Under the pieces are notes generated by a model. That model made no database searches. It saw only the letters and a list, made by a program, of their open reading frames with translations, and was not told the origin of the DNA. DNA of 64,000 nt from assembly GCA_951406725.2 (NCBI GenBank), contig OX597816.1:61752001-61816000 (forward strand), in the 5' to 3' direction. The stretch comes from Octopus vulgaris. Its lineage: Eukaryota. A program made the position numbers and the translations under genes. Below, piece by piece: positions 10,308 to 25,200 of this stretch. Each line of letters starts with the position of its first letter. Within the stretch, counting starts at the first letter, position 1.

Positions 10308-11744
10308 CATCATTATTATTATTATTGCTGTTGTTGTCTTTGTGGTTGCCTCTATTTTCGTTTTATTTTTGTCAGTTTCTCTCTTATCCTTTCAATAGGT
10401 ATACTCACTTCCTGTCACTGTCACGTCAGTCCCTACGTATATCGATAATTAGAACTTTCTATTGCCTTTCAACAAAATATCTCTTAAATTACCTCATTTC
10501 CTGATGATTTGAAACGAAACGAAATATTCCTATTAATGACATTTCATTTTACCACACAATGTTTTCTTTCTTTCTATCTTTCTTTCCCTCTTTCTATTAA
10601 AATCTGTTTCGCTTCCGTTTTACTTTTAGATTTTTCTCTCTTTTGTTTACAATGACACGCATAAACACAAACACACACAGACACACATAAGATAAGTACA
10701 TAGCATACATACATACGCACACAAATACAGACCCAAAGTGCAAAGGCACACACAAATACGTAGTTATAACATAAAAAGAAAACATACACATATACAAACA
10801 GCAAAAACATTCTTTGCAACAGTGTTAACTAGCGAAGCGGTAAACAACCGACCATGACTGCAAAAGCGAATAGCTGATATCAGCTATCTAGCATCAACGC
10901 AAAATAAATTTAGTTCACTCAGCAAAATAACTCTATCTTGGGAAATTGTTTCAATTTTTAAAAATTATTTCCTCTTTTACAAAACTACATTTATAATCAT
11001 TACTTCCAGTTATATATTTCTCCAAAACAATGATATTTCAAAATAGCTTCTCCCTTGTTAGTAAGGCATTTAAATGATATTTAATTCTCAGCATGAGGTT
11101 TACAACATAATTTCTTTCTATATTTCATAAAATAATTTTCTCAAGCCATGTTATATGCCAATATTTATTAATTTCATATCTTGCACGAGTGTTATTTCTT
11201 TTTAATTTTAAATTTGCGTTTTAAATTTTAGATATAATTTTCCCTCTCACATTTCTGTCCTCTCTTTTTCTTCTTTCCACACCTCTCTCTTCCTCCATAC
11301 ACATACACACATATATTTTTAATATTATATAGTTGTTAGTCACTTATAATTAACATGATAATATAAAATATACATATTCTGACACACATGAAAAGGAAGA
11401 AGCTGAGGAAGAAGTGCTAAAATTGAGGAAAAAAAAAATCAAACAAGACAAAATAAAGCATTAACAATATGTTCGTTAGTACAACAAAATGGAAAAGAGA
11501 TTTTCATCAGTTATCAAGGATTGCATTGAAATGATATATTCTATTAGCATGACAAACAAAGGCAAAAACAAAAACAAAAAACAAAACAAGAAACAACTGC
11601 AGCTTCGTGTTCAAATTACCTTGAGTTAATCTAATTTGTTCATCTGAAACAGCAAATGGAAAATTATAGCGATAATGAATTTGTGGAACAGATACTAATG
11701 GAGAGAAAACGAAGAAACAGCAAATCTAAAAGTATGATGAAGGA

Positions 11745-12488
<744 letters not shown>

Positions 12489-13327
12489 CAGGATGTGATG
12501 GGTAAATTGTCGCCATTTTATACTTTTAATTTCATGCATGTGCATTGTTTGTTTTCGATTTTGTCCACTACATATTATAGTAGGGTCAGTTCGACACCGT
12601 CTGTGAGAAAACAGCACCATGATGCAATTCACTCTGCCAGAAATTTGAAAACGACATGCTGAAATTCAGATACGAACAGATTGTGAACACAGAACAACCG
12701 TTGGCTTGCCGTCTCCTCCAAATATGTACCGAGAATGATAAAACTCAAACACCCAGTCAACATCATTGTTCTTGGAGTGATCACTAGTGATGGCGATGTT
12801 ATGCCTCCATTCATCTTACCAAGCAGTCTCAGACTCAACACAGTGTAGTGCTGTCCGGGGCGGGGTGGGGGAAGAGATTGACTGCTAGAAGACCCTATGT
12901 CTGGCAACGGGTCTCTGCATCATGCCACACAAGCAGGAGAAACCACCCATGGCTGTCAAACAATTTCTGCGACCACATTATCCTAATATCTATTTCTTTA
13001 CTACCCACAAGGGGCTAAGCACAGAGGGGACAAACAAGGACAGACAAACGGATTTAGTCGATTACATCGACCCCAGTGCATAACTGGTACTTACTTTATC
13101 GACCCCGAAAGGATGAAAGGCAAAGTCGACCTCAGCGGAATTTTATCCTAATATTATCCTAATATCTGGCCACCTATCTCCCCAGACTGCAACTTCCTTG
13201 ATTATTATGTCTGGGGCGCAGTTGAATGAAAGCGCAACAAAACACCTTGTAACACCAAAGATGAACTGCAGGGAAGAATTATGGTAGCATTCACCAACTT
13301 AAGAAGGAAACCGTCCAGAAGAGTTGT
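12489..13327 (+). mobile_element. Decayed, internally deleted Tc1/mariner (maT/DD37D-like) transposon interrupted by a SINE
   Basis: TA|CAGGATGT terminus; translated remnants NTQNNRWLA-like, KHPVNIIVLGVITSDGDVMPPFI, RPYVWQ..SA..H, WPPISPDCNFLDYYVWGAVE. Confidence 0.75.
12991..13143 (-). mobile_element. 5'-truncated family 1 SINE (Tx1-like tail) with target-site duplication
   Basis: Reverse complement of about 9945-10095; ttatcctaatat(c) is present on both sides, twice on the right. Confidence 0.85.
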
Positions 13328-13458
13328 ATACACATTTAAATGTGTATACATCTTTTTGTATTCATACACCCATGCATAAAAATCTCTCTCTCTTTCTCTC
13401 TCTATCGCTATGTATACGTACACATATACATAAATCCATACAAACACTTACGTTACAA

Positions 13459-13494
<36 letters not shown>

Positions 13495-14906
13495 TTATAT
13501 ACATAGAATGCAGAAAAGAATAAGGTGTGATACAAATACAGAGAGTTAGATAGACAGATAAATACATACATACACGTTGTAGTATTCATTAAAATGATGC
13601 TGTGTGAAAAAGTAAGAAGAAAATTAAGTATAAGAGACAAACGAATAGCAATAGGAAAATGAAAGAGTCTGTTGTACGATATGTCGAAATATAATGCAAT
13701 TTGCCATTCTTGAATGTACTTTTACAATCGTTACCTCAATCTAATGTAATTTAGTAATTCCCCGCCAACAGTTATTCATATGATGATGGTGCATAGAAAG
13801 AAACAAATTTTTATCTGTTTCTCGTTTAGTACAACATAACATAACTCTCAGTATTAATATTTGTGTGAAGACACACGCTTACATTCACCACAATACAGTT
13901 ACATAAGACCACCATATGTACACACACACAAATAGAAATAATGATGCTTGGGCTAGATACATAAAATATACATACATATTTAATGTAAATAGAAAGAAGC
14001 AAGACTGAAAATATTTAGATAATCGACATACATGTATAAATATGCAAATATTTATATATTAACTGAGCAGATTTACATAAAGTACAACGACAAAAAAAAA
14101 AAAAAAGAAAACCACCAAGAGAAGAAGGTATTGTATTCTAAGTCCAACAACTGTTTCTGGGGGTTCAGAATTACCTACCCCCATAAGTTGCTTTGCGTCT
14201 TTTACTCGTATTTTAAGGTTATTTCGGGGTGGCAAGAAGTGACCGTAAGCTGGAGGAAGGACAATCTTTTCTTGACATTGCTTCAGAGTTTCTTCCAGGA
14301 CAGTGTCTACTCAAAATGTCTGGAATGCTGTACCCATTGTCCCTGGTGAGCGAGTCCTACTTCCCATCACCTAGTGATCCATCCCTGTCGAATCGAAGAT
14401 GTTTTGCGCTATGAGCTCTCTCTTGCTTCTGGAGTTGGTGTTTTTCTACCTCTTGGTTCTGTAGTTACCAAGTATTAACCATCCCTGACAGACGACTTCA
14501 ACAACATCTTGGGGCTTCAAGTGTGTTTTAGCTTCCTTTACAGTGTGGTTTTCACTTTTTGCTGCACTTCATGGTCTTGTTGAGGTATTTGACTCTCTCA
14601 TCCTTGGATAGAAGCAACGTGCTGATTGCTTTGGCCTTCGTGGCATTGAATCACCCCCACTACTGATGAAATGAGCAAGCAGAGCATATAGGTTTTGTCG
14701 CACAGATTAACTGGAGAACGTGCGGCCATCATGGCTCGAATTTACCGCACAACACCTCTCCATTGGCTCTATCCAAGTCAGCAAAGTTAGAAAGCAAGAT
14801 TGGTCACAACTATTTTGGTTAGTACGCATTGGTTTATTTTGTACATTATATTTCAAGACTAAATATCCTTTAATTCACATTCTATGTATCCATCTATATA
14901 CACAGT

Positions 14907-14957
<51 letters not shown>

Positions 14958-15421
14958 CACACACACATATATATATACACACACACACATATATATACAC
15001 ACACACACATATATATACACACACATATATACACACACACACACACTAACACACACACACACATTAATCTAGATATAGGTGTACGTAAACACAATATATG
15101 TGTGTGGGGGTGTTGAGGGAGATTAGCTGCTATTCCCAGAATGCAGATAGCCCACGTGGGAGTTACCTCATTTTGTTTTCACTGTAGTCTGCTACGAATA
15201 AGAAGCTTGTCTTCATTCGTTTTGTTCTATTGTATCTTTCTCTCCCGCTCTCTCCCCATCTCTCTCCCTCACCTCCATCATTCCCTTCTCCTCCTCTCTC
15301 CCCTTCTCTCTCCCTCTCTCACCCCTCACTCTCTCCCTAACTTTGATGATAGTGATAGCAAATAAAATAGTAAAGATTTAATGTTATAGATCAATGATAT
15401 AAAATAAAGAAAAAAATAATG

Positions 15422-15604
15422 TCAGTAGTTAATTTTAGTTGGTTTTTGGCAGGCAAATGTGTTTGCCACGGCAATATCAGACAGGTAAATATAGGTGAAA
15501 TTGAAGTATCGGTAGCGAAGAAAATCCATAACGCTGTTTGGAACATTGACAAACTTTGAGTTTATTCTTGTTGTAAGAAACATTTCTACTTCAATGCTTG
15601 TTGT
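15422..15604 (-). CDS. Possible terminal coding exon of unknown product
   Basis: Poly-T tract plus AG, then 60 open non-repetitive codons (TTSIEVEMFL...FACQKPTKINY*) and an ATTAAA downstream; no recognisable domain and no partner exons found. Confidence 0.2.
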   Translation of the reverse strand, partial: TTSIEVEMFLTTRINSKFVNVPNSVMDFLRYRYFNFTYIYLSDIAVANTFACQKPTKINY

Positions 15605-15838
15605 CTTGCAATGATAAGAAATGAAAAAAAAAAAAAAAAAAAAACAGAGAAAAGAAGGCAAAAGAAATCTGATGCGGAAACAAGAAAAATAAAAGTTGTA
15701 GAGAAGACTAAATGGATGATTAAATTTCCTTTCTATATCTTTCAGTCTCTGTATGCGATCTTTGCGTACATGGTTCTGGGTTCGATTTCGTCATCACTCG
15801 TAACTTTTTATCAGTCACTCACATACAATAATTAGATA

Positions 15839-15883
<45 letters not shown>

Positions 15884-17001
15884 TTGCCTAACATACATTC
15901 AGGCACACCAAGAATATACATACAAACGTACAGATAGCGCGCGCACATACAGAAAACAATAAATGGAGGAGTTACCTTACCAGCCTAATTAACAGAATGA
16001 GGAACATGAAAAGACGTAGAAACCTCATCTTGTGTCTTTCACATTTCTATTATACATTAAGCAAAAAAAAAAACAACAACAAAAAAAAGCAAAAAAAAAC
16101 CTCTTCAGATGAATTAAGAAATATTTCACATCACAATCTAGATAGTATTCTTAAGCATATGCTTAAACTCTCTTACGCAATAACACCAAAATTCACAGAC
16201 AAACTAGCTTCCTCTAGCTTATGTTCGATGAGTCACCCTAACACAAGTTCTCACTGCAACTGCAACACTCACCATCTGAATACATGTTCACTTAACTCCA
16301 TCTGCTTAGCTAAAAACCATACTTTACAAACGCTGCATCCTAGCTCAACAATTTTCCGAAACATATATAACCTTGACCACAAACCTCTTTAAGATACGTT
16401 AATACTAACACATTAATACGTTCCCAAACCCTCTTAGAAAACATTATTACGTGTTACTTTGATACTATCTACGATGGAAGGTATTAACAAAAGAACATCT
16501 GTACGTAAGTATTAAAAAATATACATCCTATTGAAGAGTGCGTACATATAATACTGGCTAAAACAAACTCCAACAAACATTCGAGGAGGACGTAGATAAG
16601 GGGCATAAAATTCGACAGACGCTGTACGTAATTAGGATACCATCAACGGGTTTATGCTACTAATACGGTCGGAATGGCTAACCTGATTCGACAGCCCGCG
16701 TGAACACTCCATCAAGAACTTCTGACTTTATTAAAATATCCCCACATAGAACATACACTCTTCAGAATTGTTTTTACAGCACAAATAATCCTCGTCATAA
16801 ATTATTCTCCTGTATAAGTACGCTGTGTATGGGTACACACACACAATGCCCCCTCCCCCCACCAAGTATGTATACACTTATACATATATATATACAGACG
16901 CACACGCACACACACATAAAAATATATATGTATGTATCTATATGTATGTGATAATATAATATATATTAATATATATGTTATATAATATATGAATATCTAA
17001 C

Positions 17002-17044
<43 letters not shown>

Positions 17045-17070
17045 CTCACACACACATACACACACACATA

Positions 17071-17235
17071 GGAGTGGCTGTATGGTAAGTAGCTTGCTTA
17101 CCAACCACATGGTTACGGGTTCAGTCCCACTGAGTGGCACCTTGGGCAAGTGTCTTCTACTATAGTCCCGGGCTAACCAAAGCCTTGTGAGTGGATTTGG
17201 TAGACGGAAACTGAAAAAAGCCCGTCGTATATATA

Positions 17236-17300
<65 letters not shown>

Positions 17301-17550
17301 GTATGTGTGTGTGTGTGTGTGTGTTTGTATATGTTGTATGTCTGTTTGCCGCCCCACCCAACATCGCTTGACAACCGAGGCTGGTGTGCTTACGTCCCCG
17401 TAACTTAGCGGTTCGGCAAAAGAGCCCGATAGAATAAGTACTAGGCTTACTTACAAAGAATAAGTCCTGGGGTCGATTTGCTCGACTAAAGGTAGTGCTC
17501 CAGCTCGGCTGCAGTCAAATGACTGAAACAAGTAAAAGAATAAAAAGAAT
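17071..17550 (+). mobile_element. tRNA-derived SINE family 2 with internal (TA)n(TG)n
   Basis: A-box tggctgtatggtaag, B-box gggttcagtccc, tail tgactgaaacaagtaaaagaataaa; homologous to 58583-59007 and 59377-59812. Confidence 0.88.
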
Positions 17551-17929
17551 ATATACATAGTTAATGTATGTGTGTTTGACTGTATTCATATGTGTATGTA
17601 TGAGTGAGAATAAATGTCTGCATCTAGATATATATATCTGTGTAAATATTATCATAAGCAACGTGGGAATAGGGCGTACGAAGCCGAATAAATTCTCCAC
17701 ACACATAGGTGCGTATATTTTAACGCTGCTCTTTGTATACAGTTACGTGTAAGAGCATGTAAATGCATGTAATTCATCTAGCTGCACTTGTGCGTGTAGA
17801 TTCTTTTCAGTCGCCTTCTGTTTCTCCGTATACAGACCTCCGGGTAGGTCCTCACTTTTGTGTCTGTATATATATATATCATATTAATTCTTATTACGCC
17901 TATCAAACAAAAGTGGGTTTTTGATAGTA

Positions 17930-18235
17930 CAAGGGTGAGTCAAAAAGTAATGCCATTTTGTTTAGGACAGGTATAATTACTAACACAGGAACATGTGTCA
18001 TACATGAAAATGAAGCTGGTCCTCTGTGGATCACATCCCTACTGCTCAACATAGTCACCGTTTCTCTCAATAGCAATGTTCCGCCTCCGAATGAAAGCAT
18101 GTATCCCTGCCCCGTGAAATTCTGTTCACTGTTCTTTGAGCCACTTCCGCACATTTTTCACTTCCCCGTGACTGGAATGTTTGCCTCTCAAACCCCCTTT
18201 CAAGGGGCCGAAGAGATGATAGTCCAGAACTTCTG
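17930..18235 (-). mobile_element. Mariner 3' fragment with terminal inverted repeat
   Basis: TA|CAAGGGTGAGTCAAAAAG end; minus strand reads DYHLFGPLKRGLRGK...AIERNGDYVEQ*. Confidence 0.8.
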
Positions 18236-19933
18236 ACATGTATTTCACCGATAAGATCCAATAACTGAAAATATAGGTAGCTGTCGTCTTGTTGGTTAAC
18301 AAAGATCATATGTCCGTAAATTAAATTTACTGTGGCATTAATTCTTAATTTCTTGAAATTATTTCCCATTCGTTTTTTTGGTGGGGGAGTTGCTTTGTCA
18401 GTGGCCAAGGAAGTTAGAAGGAGTCGTTTGATCATTGTGTAGAATATACTGTAGTATCTGTTCCGATTCTCTAAGATCTGAGTTTAAACATCACCAAAGT
18501 CAGCTTCGCTTTTCATCTTTACGGGGTTGATGAATTGGCACCAGTTCAAGGTGCGATAGATTTGTGAAACTGTCAGAGAGTCGGAGAAAATGCCTTGCGG
18601 AACCTGTTCCGGTCTTTTGCATTCTCACATGAACGTTCTTGATCATTCTGGCGCTCCAAATGGACACTTTTTAGACATCGGTATGAAGGAGTTAGGTAGA
18701 CTTGCATTCACGGAATTTGCTCAGGCTTACACATACATTTGCAGATGCATGGTCGATATCAACTACATATCTGCTCATAAGCCTTATTCTGAGAGACGCT
18801 AACAGCTACTACTTGATATTGTGAGGTTTTTCTTCAAAGTTTTTTCTTCAACTAAGCAATACATACATTGCTGTACGTATTGCTAACAAAGGTATGGGGT
18901 CTGCCAGATTCAACTCTTTTCCGGTCTTTGGGTGATAGTTTGATTTCAGGGTGTATAAATTTCACTTCACTTACGCTTTGAATACCCTGGGCTATTTATC
19001 TCAACGTGAAATGCTGATTGGTCTCCTCTCCTACCTAGAATAGGTAACGGAAGGGGTAGGAGAGACCCTGCCACACTTTAGTATGACATCATGCAAAGCT
19101 ACACGCGAAACCGGATATACAGCTATTTAAAAAAAAGGGGGGGAAATAACAGATGGGAGAATATCTGTCAAGTAGATATCAACACTAGAGAGAAAGTATT
19201 TTTAGTACCTTGACAAATAATAATAAAAAAATATATGCATTTAGGAAGTATTCTGTTTTTCTCCTACTTTTTTCCTTTTTAAATTTAAATATTGTATAAC
19301 TACACTTAAAATAGAGGATTAAGCAAAACATAGATTGATTCAAAACATGCACAAGTGTATAAATAAATAAATTCATTTAGAAAAAAAAAAAAAAAATGGA
19401 ATAAAAATCTCTCTCTATTTTTTTGTTGGATTTTAGCTGTAAAAGCATCAGTAACTGCATTAGCATTGTAAATTATAGCGGATTGTTTGCATATTGTGTC
19501 GTCTCTTGGAAACTTTAATTTTGTTCTTATTTTCTGCTGTTTCCTGTCATATAAACGCATAAAATGTATAGAAGCCTCACCAGCTCTACTTGAAAAAACG
19601 GTAACTTGCGAAAGCTTTTAAGTCATATATCAATTGCTAATGACAGCAAACATTGAACTTCGTACTTTTACAAGATGGACGCCATATTGGAAGTTATGGT
19701 TGTTTATGTGCTTAACAATTTGCTTCTGTGTCCAAAGATACTTGCACACATACGCGCACACACACATACACACACAGAAATCTACATAGAAAAACGCACA
19801 CATGCATCTGTTTGGTAATGTATTACCGTAGTAGTCTTACACTAAGATTTAGATGGATATGCTTATTCACATACATATACATACAACATAGATGTGTTGC
19901 AAGTATTTCGTGATAAATTATATACTTTTAAGC

Positions 19934-20059
<126 letters not shown>

Positions 20060-20310
20060 GCTATTTTGTTAAACTGTCGAATGTCTAAATTTGGTCAAAT
20101 GCTTTTTTTCCAATTTTTATTTTTGCTTCCTATAAACGGTGTTTTTGGTCAAAATATAGTATCTCCAGCTGCTTCAGATGCCAAGATATTAAAATTGTCA
20201 AATCGTAGTACAACGGTTTTGCCTTGGAATGGTGAAACTATTTTTTCGTTTCCTGGAAAAGCAACGTTTTGCACTTACAACATACATACATACATACATA
20301 CATACATACA

Positions 20311-20346
<36 letters not shown>

Positions 20347-20375
20347 TACATACATACATACATACATACATACAC

Positions 20376-20440
<65 letters not shown>

Positions 20441-20648
20441 TTTAGATAATTCCTTAAACATAAAACTTACACACAAAAACACACAATCATATCTCTTGTA
20501 TCTAACTTCTCTTAGTTCGGAAACAGAGATAGACAGACAAATAGGCAGATAGATAGATACAGTGAGGGATAAGGAGAGAACGAGCGAGAGAGATACATGC
20601 AGTGAATCAGAGACAGAGAGAGATAGAAAGAGAGAGAGAGAGAGAGAA

Positions 20649-20706
<58 letters not shown>

Positions 20707-21009
20707 TGAAAACTGTGTATATGTGACTTTGAGAGAAAATATTTAACATCTGTTTAAAGAACAACAAGCCGACAAACAAAGACCAGATAAATGTTAATAA
20801 TTTTGGAAACGATCTTTCGTTGTATCAAAAATGATATTTAACATTTTCTGTCGTTTTGCAAAATTTTATTTGTAATTATATTGAAGAACTTAACAATTTT
20901 TGTGTTATATTTTTTTTTCTTATATTTGTTATTCTTCATTTTATTCTTTCTTTAAAATTTTAGTACCTTGAAGTATAATGTAAAGAAATGTTTTGTAATT
21001 CATATACGG

Positions 21010-21033
21010 AGTGTGTGTGTGTGTGTGTGTGTG

Positions 21034-21071
<38 letters not shown>

Positions 21072-21750
21072 TATATATCATATATACGCTTACTATATAT
21101 GTATGATTATACATTTCAGTGTGTATATATTCTAAATGTATGTGCATGTATGTGTATAGATGTATGCATATTTATACATGTATGAATATATGATTAAGTA
21201 TGCATACATACGTACATACATACATACACATATATATATATATATATATATCTATATATCTATGTATATACATGTATGTACATATATTCATATATATATA
21301 TATGTATATATGTATATATATATATGTGTATATATGTATATATGTGTATATATATGTGTGTGTGCATATATATGTGTGCATATATACATGTATATATAAA
21401 CATACATACATGTATATATGTATGTATATATATACATATATATACATATATATATATATGCATATATATATATGTATATATACATATACATATATATATA
21501 TATGTATATATATATATACATATACATGTATATATACATGTATATATATATACATGTATATATATATATGTATATATATACATGTATATGTATATATAAA
21601 TAAATACACACATACACATATATATATTATATATGTATATCTTTATTAATACATACCTTTAAATTGTATGCGCGCGTGCTTGTGTGTGTGTTTGCGCGAG
21701 TGTGTGTCCGTATGTGCGTGTATGTGTGTGTGTGTGTATGTGTGTTTGTG
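21010..21750. repeat. (TG)/(CA)/(TA)/(TACA) compound microsatellite
   Basis: Direct inspection. Confidence 0.9.
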
Positions 21751-22774
21751 ATATGTTTGCATGTGAATTTGCTCCTTTTGTTTTATATTTTTGCAATTTC
21801 TTTATGCATATGTATGAGCTATTTTCTTTTCCTCCTCTGTTAGAATGCAATTTCAAATCAGCAATCTTACATACATCAAAATACTATTAGAATCTCATTG
21901 TTCTGTTTTATGTTGCGCTGTTTTCAAATGCACTGTTGTCAGAAACCATCCATTAAAATGTGCCGGTAATACATTATTAAGAAGTATGAGCAGAAGGGGA
22001 GATAAAGTAATCTTAAGAATTTCTTTAGAAAATACATAACAGCTATTGGTAAAAATCTAAACACAAGGTGAACACTAAAAGCGCTATCATCTTAGAGGAA
22101 TCATAGATAATTAATGTTTCTTCAAAACTATTCAATATATATGAAATAAAAAAATTAAAATAGTAAATAGAAATTAGTTTTAATTTTTTGTTTAATTTTG
22201 TAAAAATTTTCATATGTATTTTACTATATATATATTTTTGTTATTTTTTTTCTTAAGACGTGGTTTGAGTCTATTGACAAAATAATGATGAAATATTTCT
22301 ATAGCAATCTACCAATTCGCTGTTAACTCTATAATGGTGATGCTCGAATGACGATAAGTATATTGATGATAATGAAGGTGATAATGGGAGATGCTGCTAC
22401 TCCAGCGGTCGTTACCACTGCTGTTGTTGCTGGTTTTGATGATGATGGTGATGACGGTGATGGTAATGATAATGAAGATAATATGAAAATAATGCTGCCA
22501 CTACTGGTGTTGCTGTGGCTGGTGTTGGAATTGGTGATGATGATTTGGTGATAATGATAATTAAGGAAATGGTATTCATATTTGCTATATTTTTTTTTAT
22601 TGGAAAACTCAATACGAGTAGAATAAAAAACTAATTAATCTATATCTTTAAATTGAATGAATATGGGTATATATACATATACATAAAGATACACATAAAC
22701 ATATATATATGCGCGTGTATGTTCGTGCGTGTGTGTGTGTGTGAGTGTGCGTGTATGTGTGTGTGTATATATGC

Positions 22775-22805
<31 letters not shown>

Positions 22806-22824
22806 TATATATGTATATATATGG

Positions 22825-22882
<58 letters not shown>

Positions 22883-23125
22883 CTGAAACTTCGAATTTGT
22901 GTTTGGAGATCTTCAGACAATTAAGAAAAACGAAAGATAAAATTTTGTTGACAAAAATTATACTGAAAATTGCTTTAATAGCACCTATAATGCACACACA
23001 CGCACACACACACACAGACACATATATGAATATATATATATATATATATTTATTTATGCACGTATTTATGTATGTGTATATATATATGCACGTATTTATG
23101 TATGTATATATATATATATATATAT

Positions 23126-23187
<62 letters not shown>

Positions 23188-23591
23188 TCTTTTAATAGTT
23201 TTTGTAGTAGGACTGCTGCCATTAACCTGTAAATTGAAGACTTAAATACGGACTATTGAATTTTATTTCTAATTATAACAAACATATATAGAGGCGGTGA
23301 AACTAAGAGAGAGATATACCTCCAGGTTCTTGGTTGTGTGTTCTCGTATTTGTTCTCATTATACAGTTTTGAACGTTTTTATTTGGCGCCTGAGTCAGTT
23401 TAACATTCAAGAATATAGAATATGTATAGAAAACATTGAAACATTTTGAAATAAATAGAGAAAAAACATAGAACACAGAAATAAAGTGATATATACAGGA
23501 GTCTCATAGTAACATACGGAACACAGGAAGCGTCAAAAATAAATTTTCATTTAGAAAATAATTCGATTGGAAACAATGTTTGGGCAAGGAT

Positions 23592-24345
23592 ATATACTTC
23601 TGGAAACTTGTACATATTTTTACAGTTCCAGTGATGGATTGGATCTGTAGCCTTCGAATTAGCTTTCGCCTTTCTGGCTTTGAGAAACCTAATTTCTCAA
23701 GATTGGTGCTTAAGCAGTGTGTTACATATCCCAGGCCCTCAATGATTACAGGTATAGACTTGAACTTGTCATCTGGATAGAGTAACTGCAGATTTCTCAA
23801 TAGGCCTTCTCTTTTCCACTGATCTTCAGCTTTATGTTAACATCCACTGGGCAGCTAATTTCTATAACTGTGCGCGGTTTCTCTTCTCTGTCCCAAATCA
23901 TTATATCAGGTCGGTTGTGCTTACATTTTATTGAAGTCTTCACTAGTAAATTCTACCAGTATTACTTTTCATTATGAGTGACTATGACTTCTACTATATC
24001 GTGGGTGTTTATTTCTTTGTCCTCGAGATTATCCTTTCGACGGATTTCATTATAGTGTTCGAGCTACAACGTCATGTCTCATCGGTAGATAATACCGTGA
24101 TGACATTTTCGGGCAACTGCTTATGATGTGAGTGATATATTCAGTGTGAGCTCCACATAATCTGCATCGGTTAACACATTTTACGGCTTTCCCAGCGTCT
24201 CTGTTCTTTTTGTGCATCAGGTACTTGGTTGATATTTTCTGTTCCTGGATTGCAAACGCATACCCTTCAAAGTGGGAGATAATAATCCGGCTATTCGTCC
24301 ATGATAAACTGCTTTGATGATCGATGTTACTATCATCACGGAGCA
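23592..24345 (-). mobile_element. R4-like RLE non-LTR retrotransposon fragment (family E, copy 1)
   Basis: EGYAFAIQEQ, CRLCGAHTEYITHIISSC, RHDVVA, NRPDIMIWD...IEISCP, IPVIIEGLG...ITGTVKIC; contains stops and deletions; 5' junction lies in (CATA)n. Confidence 0.85.
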
Positions 24346-24443
24346 TGTATGTATGTTTGTATGTATGTATGCGTGTATGTATGTATACATGCATATATCT
24401 ATGTTTGGTTATGCAAGCAGGAAAAGTAGAACTCAAAATATGA

Positions 24444-24507
<64 letters not shown>

Positions 24508-24522
24508 ATACATACATATATT

Positions 24523-24553
<31 letters not shown>

Positions 24554-24836
24554 GTTATAAGAGGTAATGGTCTCGGTAAGGTCCAAAGGTGTCAGGTAAG
24601 GCTGAGTAAGTGGTATGGACAGACCATAGATAAGCTCCAGTTTCGGAGATTATGCCAATAAGGAGTCCAACGTAAGTCATATATCAGCATATATATATAT
24701 ATGTATATGTATATAAAATTTTCAGAATGAGATAAAAACCGAGGGTGTGAAGATTCTAGAGCATTTATAAATAGAGGGTCTTACAGCTGTTTCCGAGATA
24801 TTTCTTATATGCCTTCATCCTTACTTTTCACCCACC

Positions 24837-24867
<31 letters not shown>

Positions 24868-25200
24868 CTTTTTTTCTACTCTAGGCACAAGCATGAAAGA
24901 CTGTGACTATGCTGGAGCATGCCCACATGTGCCAAATTTCTGTTAAGTTTTTTGGTCCCATAAAGAAAACAGATAGAACATGCTTTCTATGTTATGTCCC
25001 AAGAAGGTTTTTTTTTTACCTCATCACACCTTCTATCATGCATTTTATATATTTTTATATATTTTTATACATTTTTATGTATTTTTATATATATAATTTT
25101 TATGACGAAAAATGCGAGCGATGTATAAGTACGCAGGCAAGCAGAGTTATAACACAGTAATTTCCCTTTGTATAACGGTATTTTTTCATAGCGTTTTCAA

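Noticed and set aside
10495-10530. ctgatga...gaaac motif
   Set aside because: No proper stem II and no NUH cleavage triplet or stem III
14200-14720. Higher-complexity, GC-richer segment
   Set aside because: No sustained ORF or recognisable motif; left unannotated
15997-16810. 131-aa and 83-aa ORFs
   Set aside because: No clear motifs; probably a very decayed LINE that cannot be classified by eye
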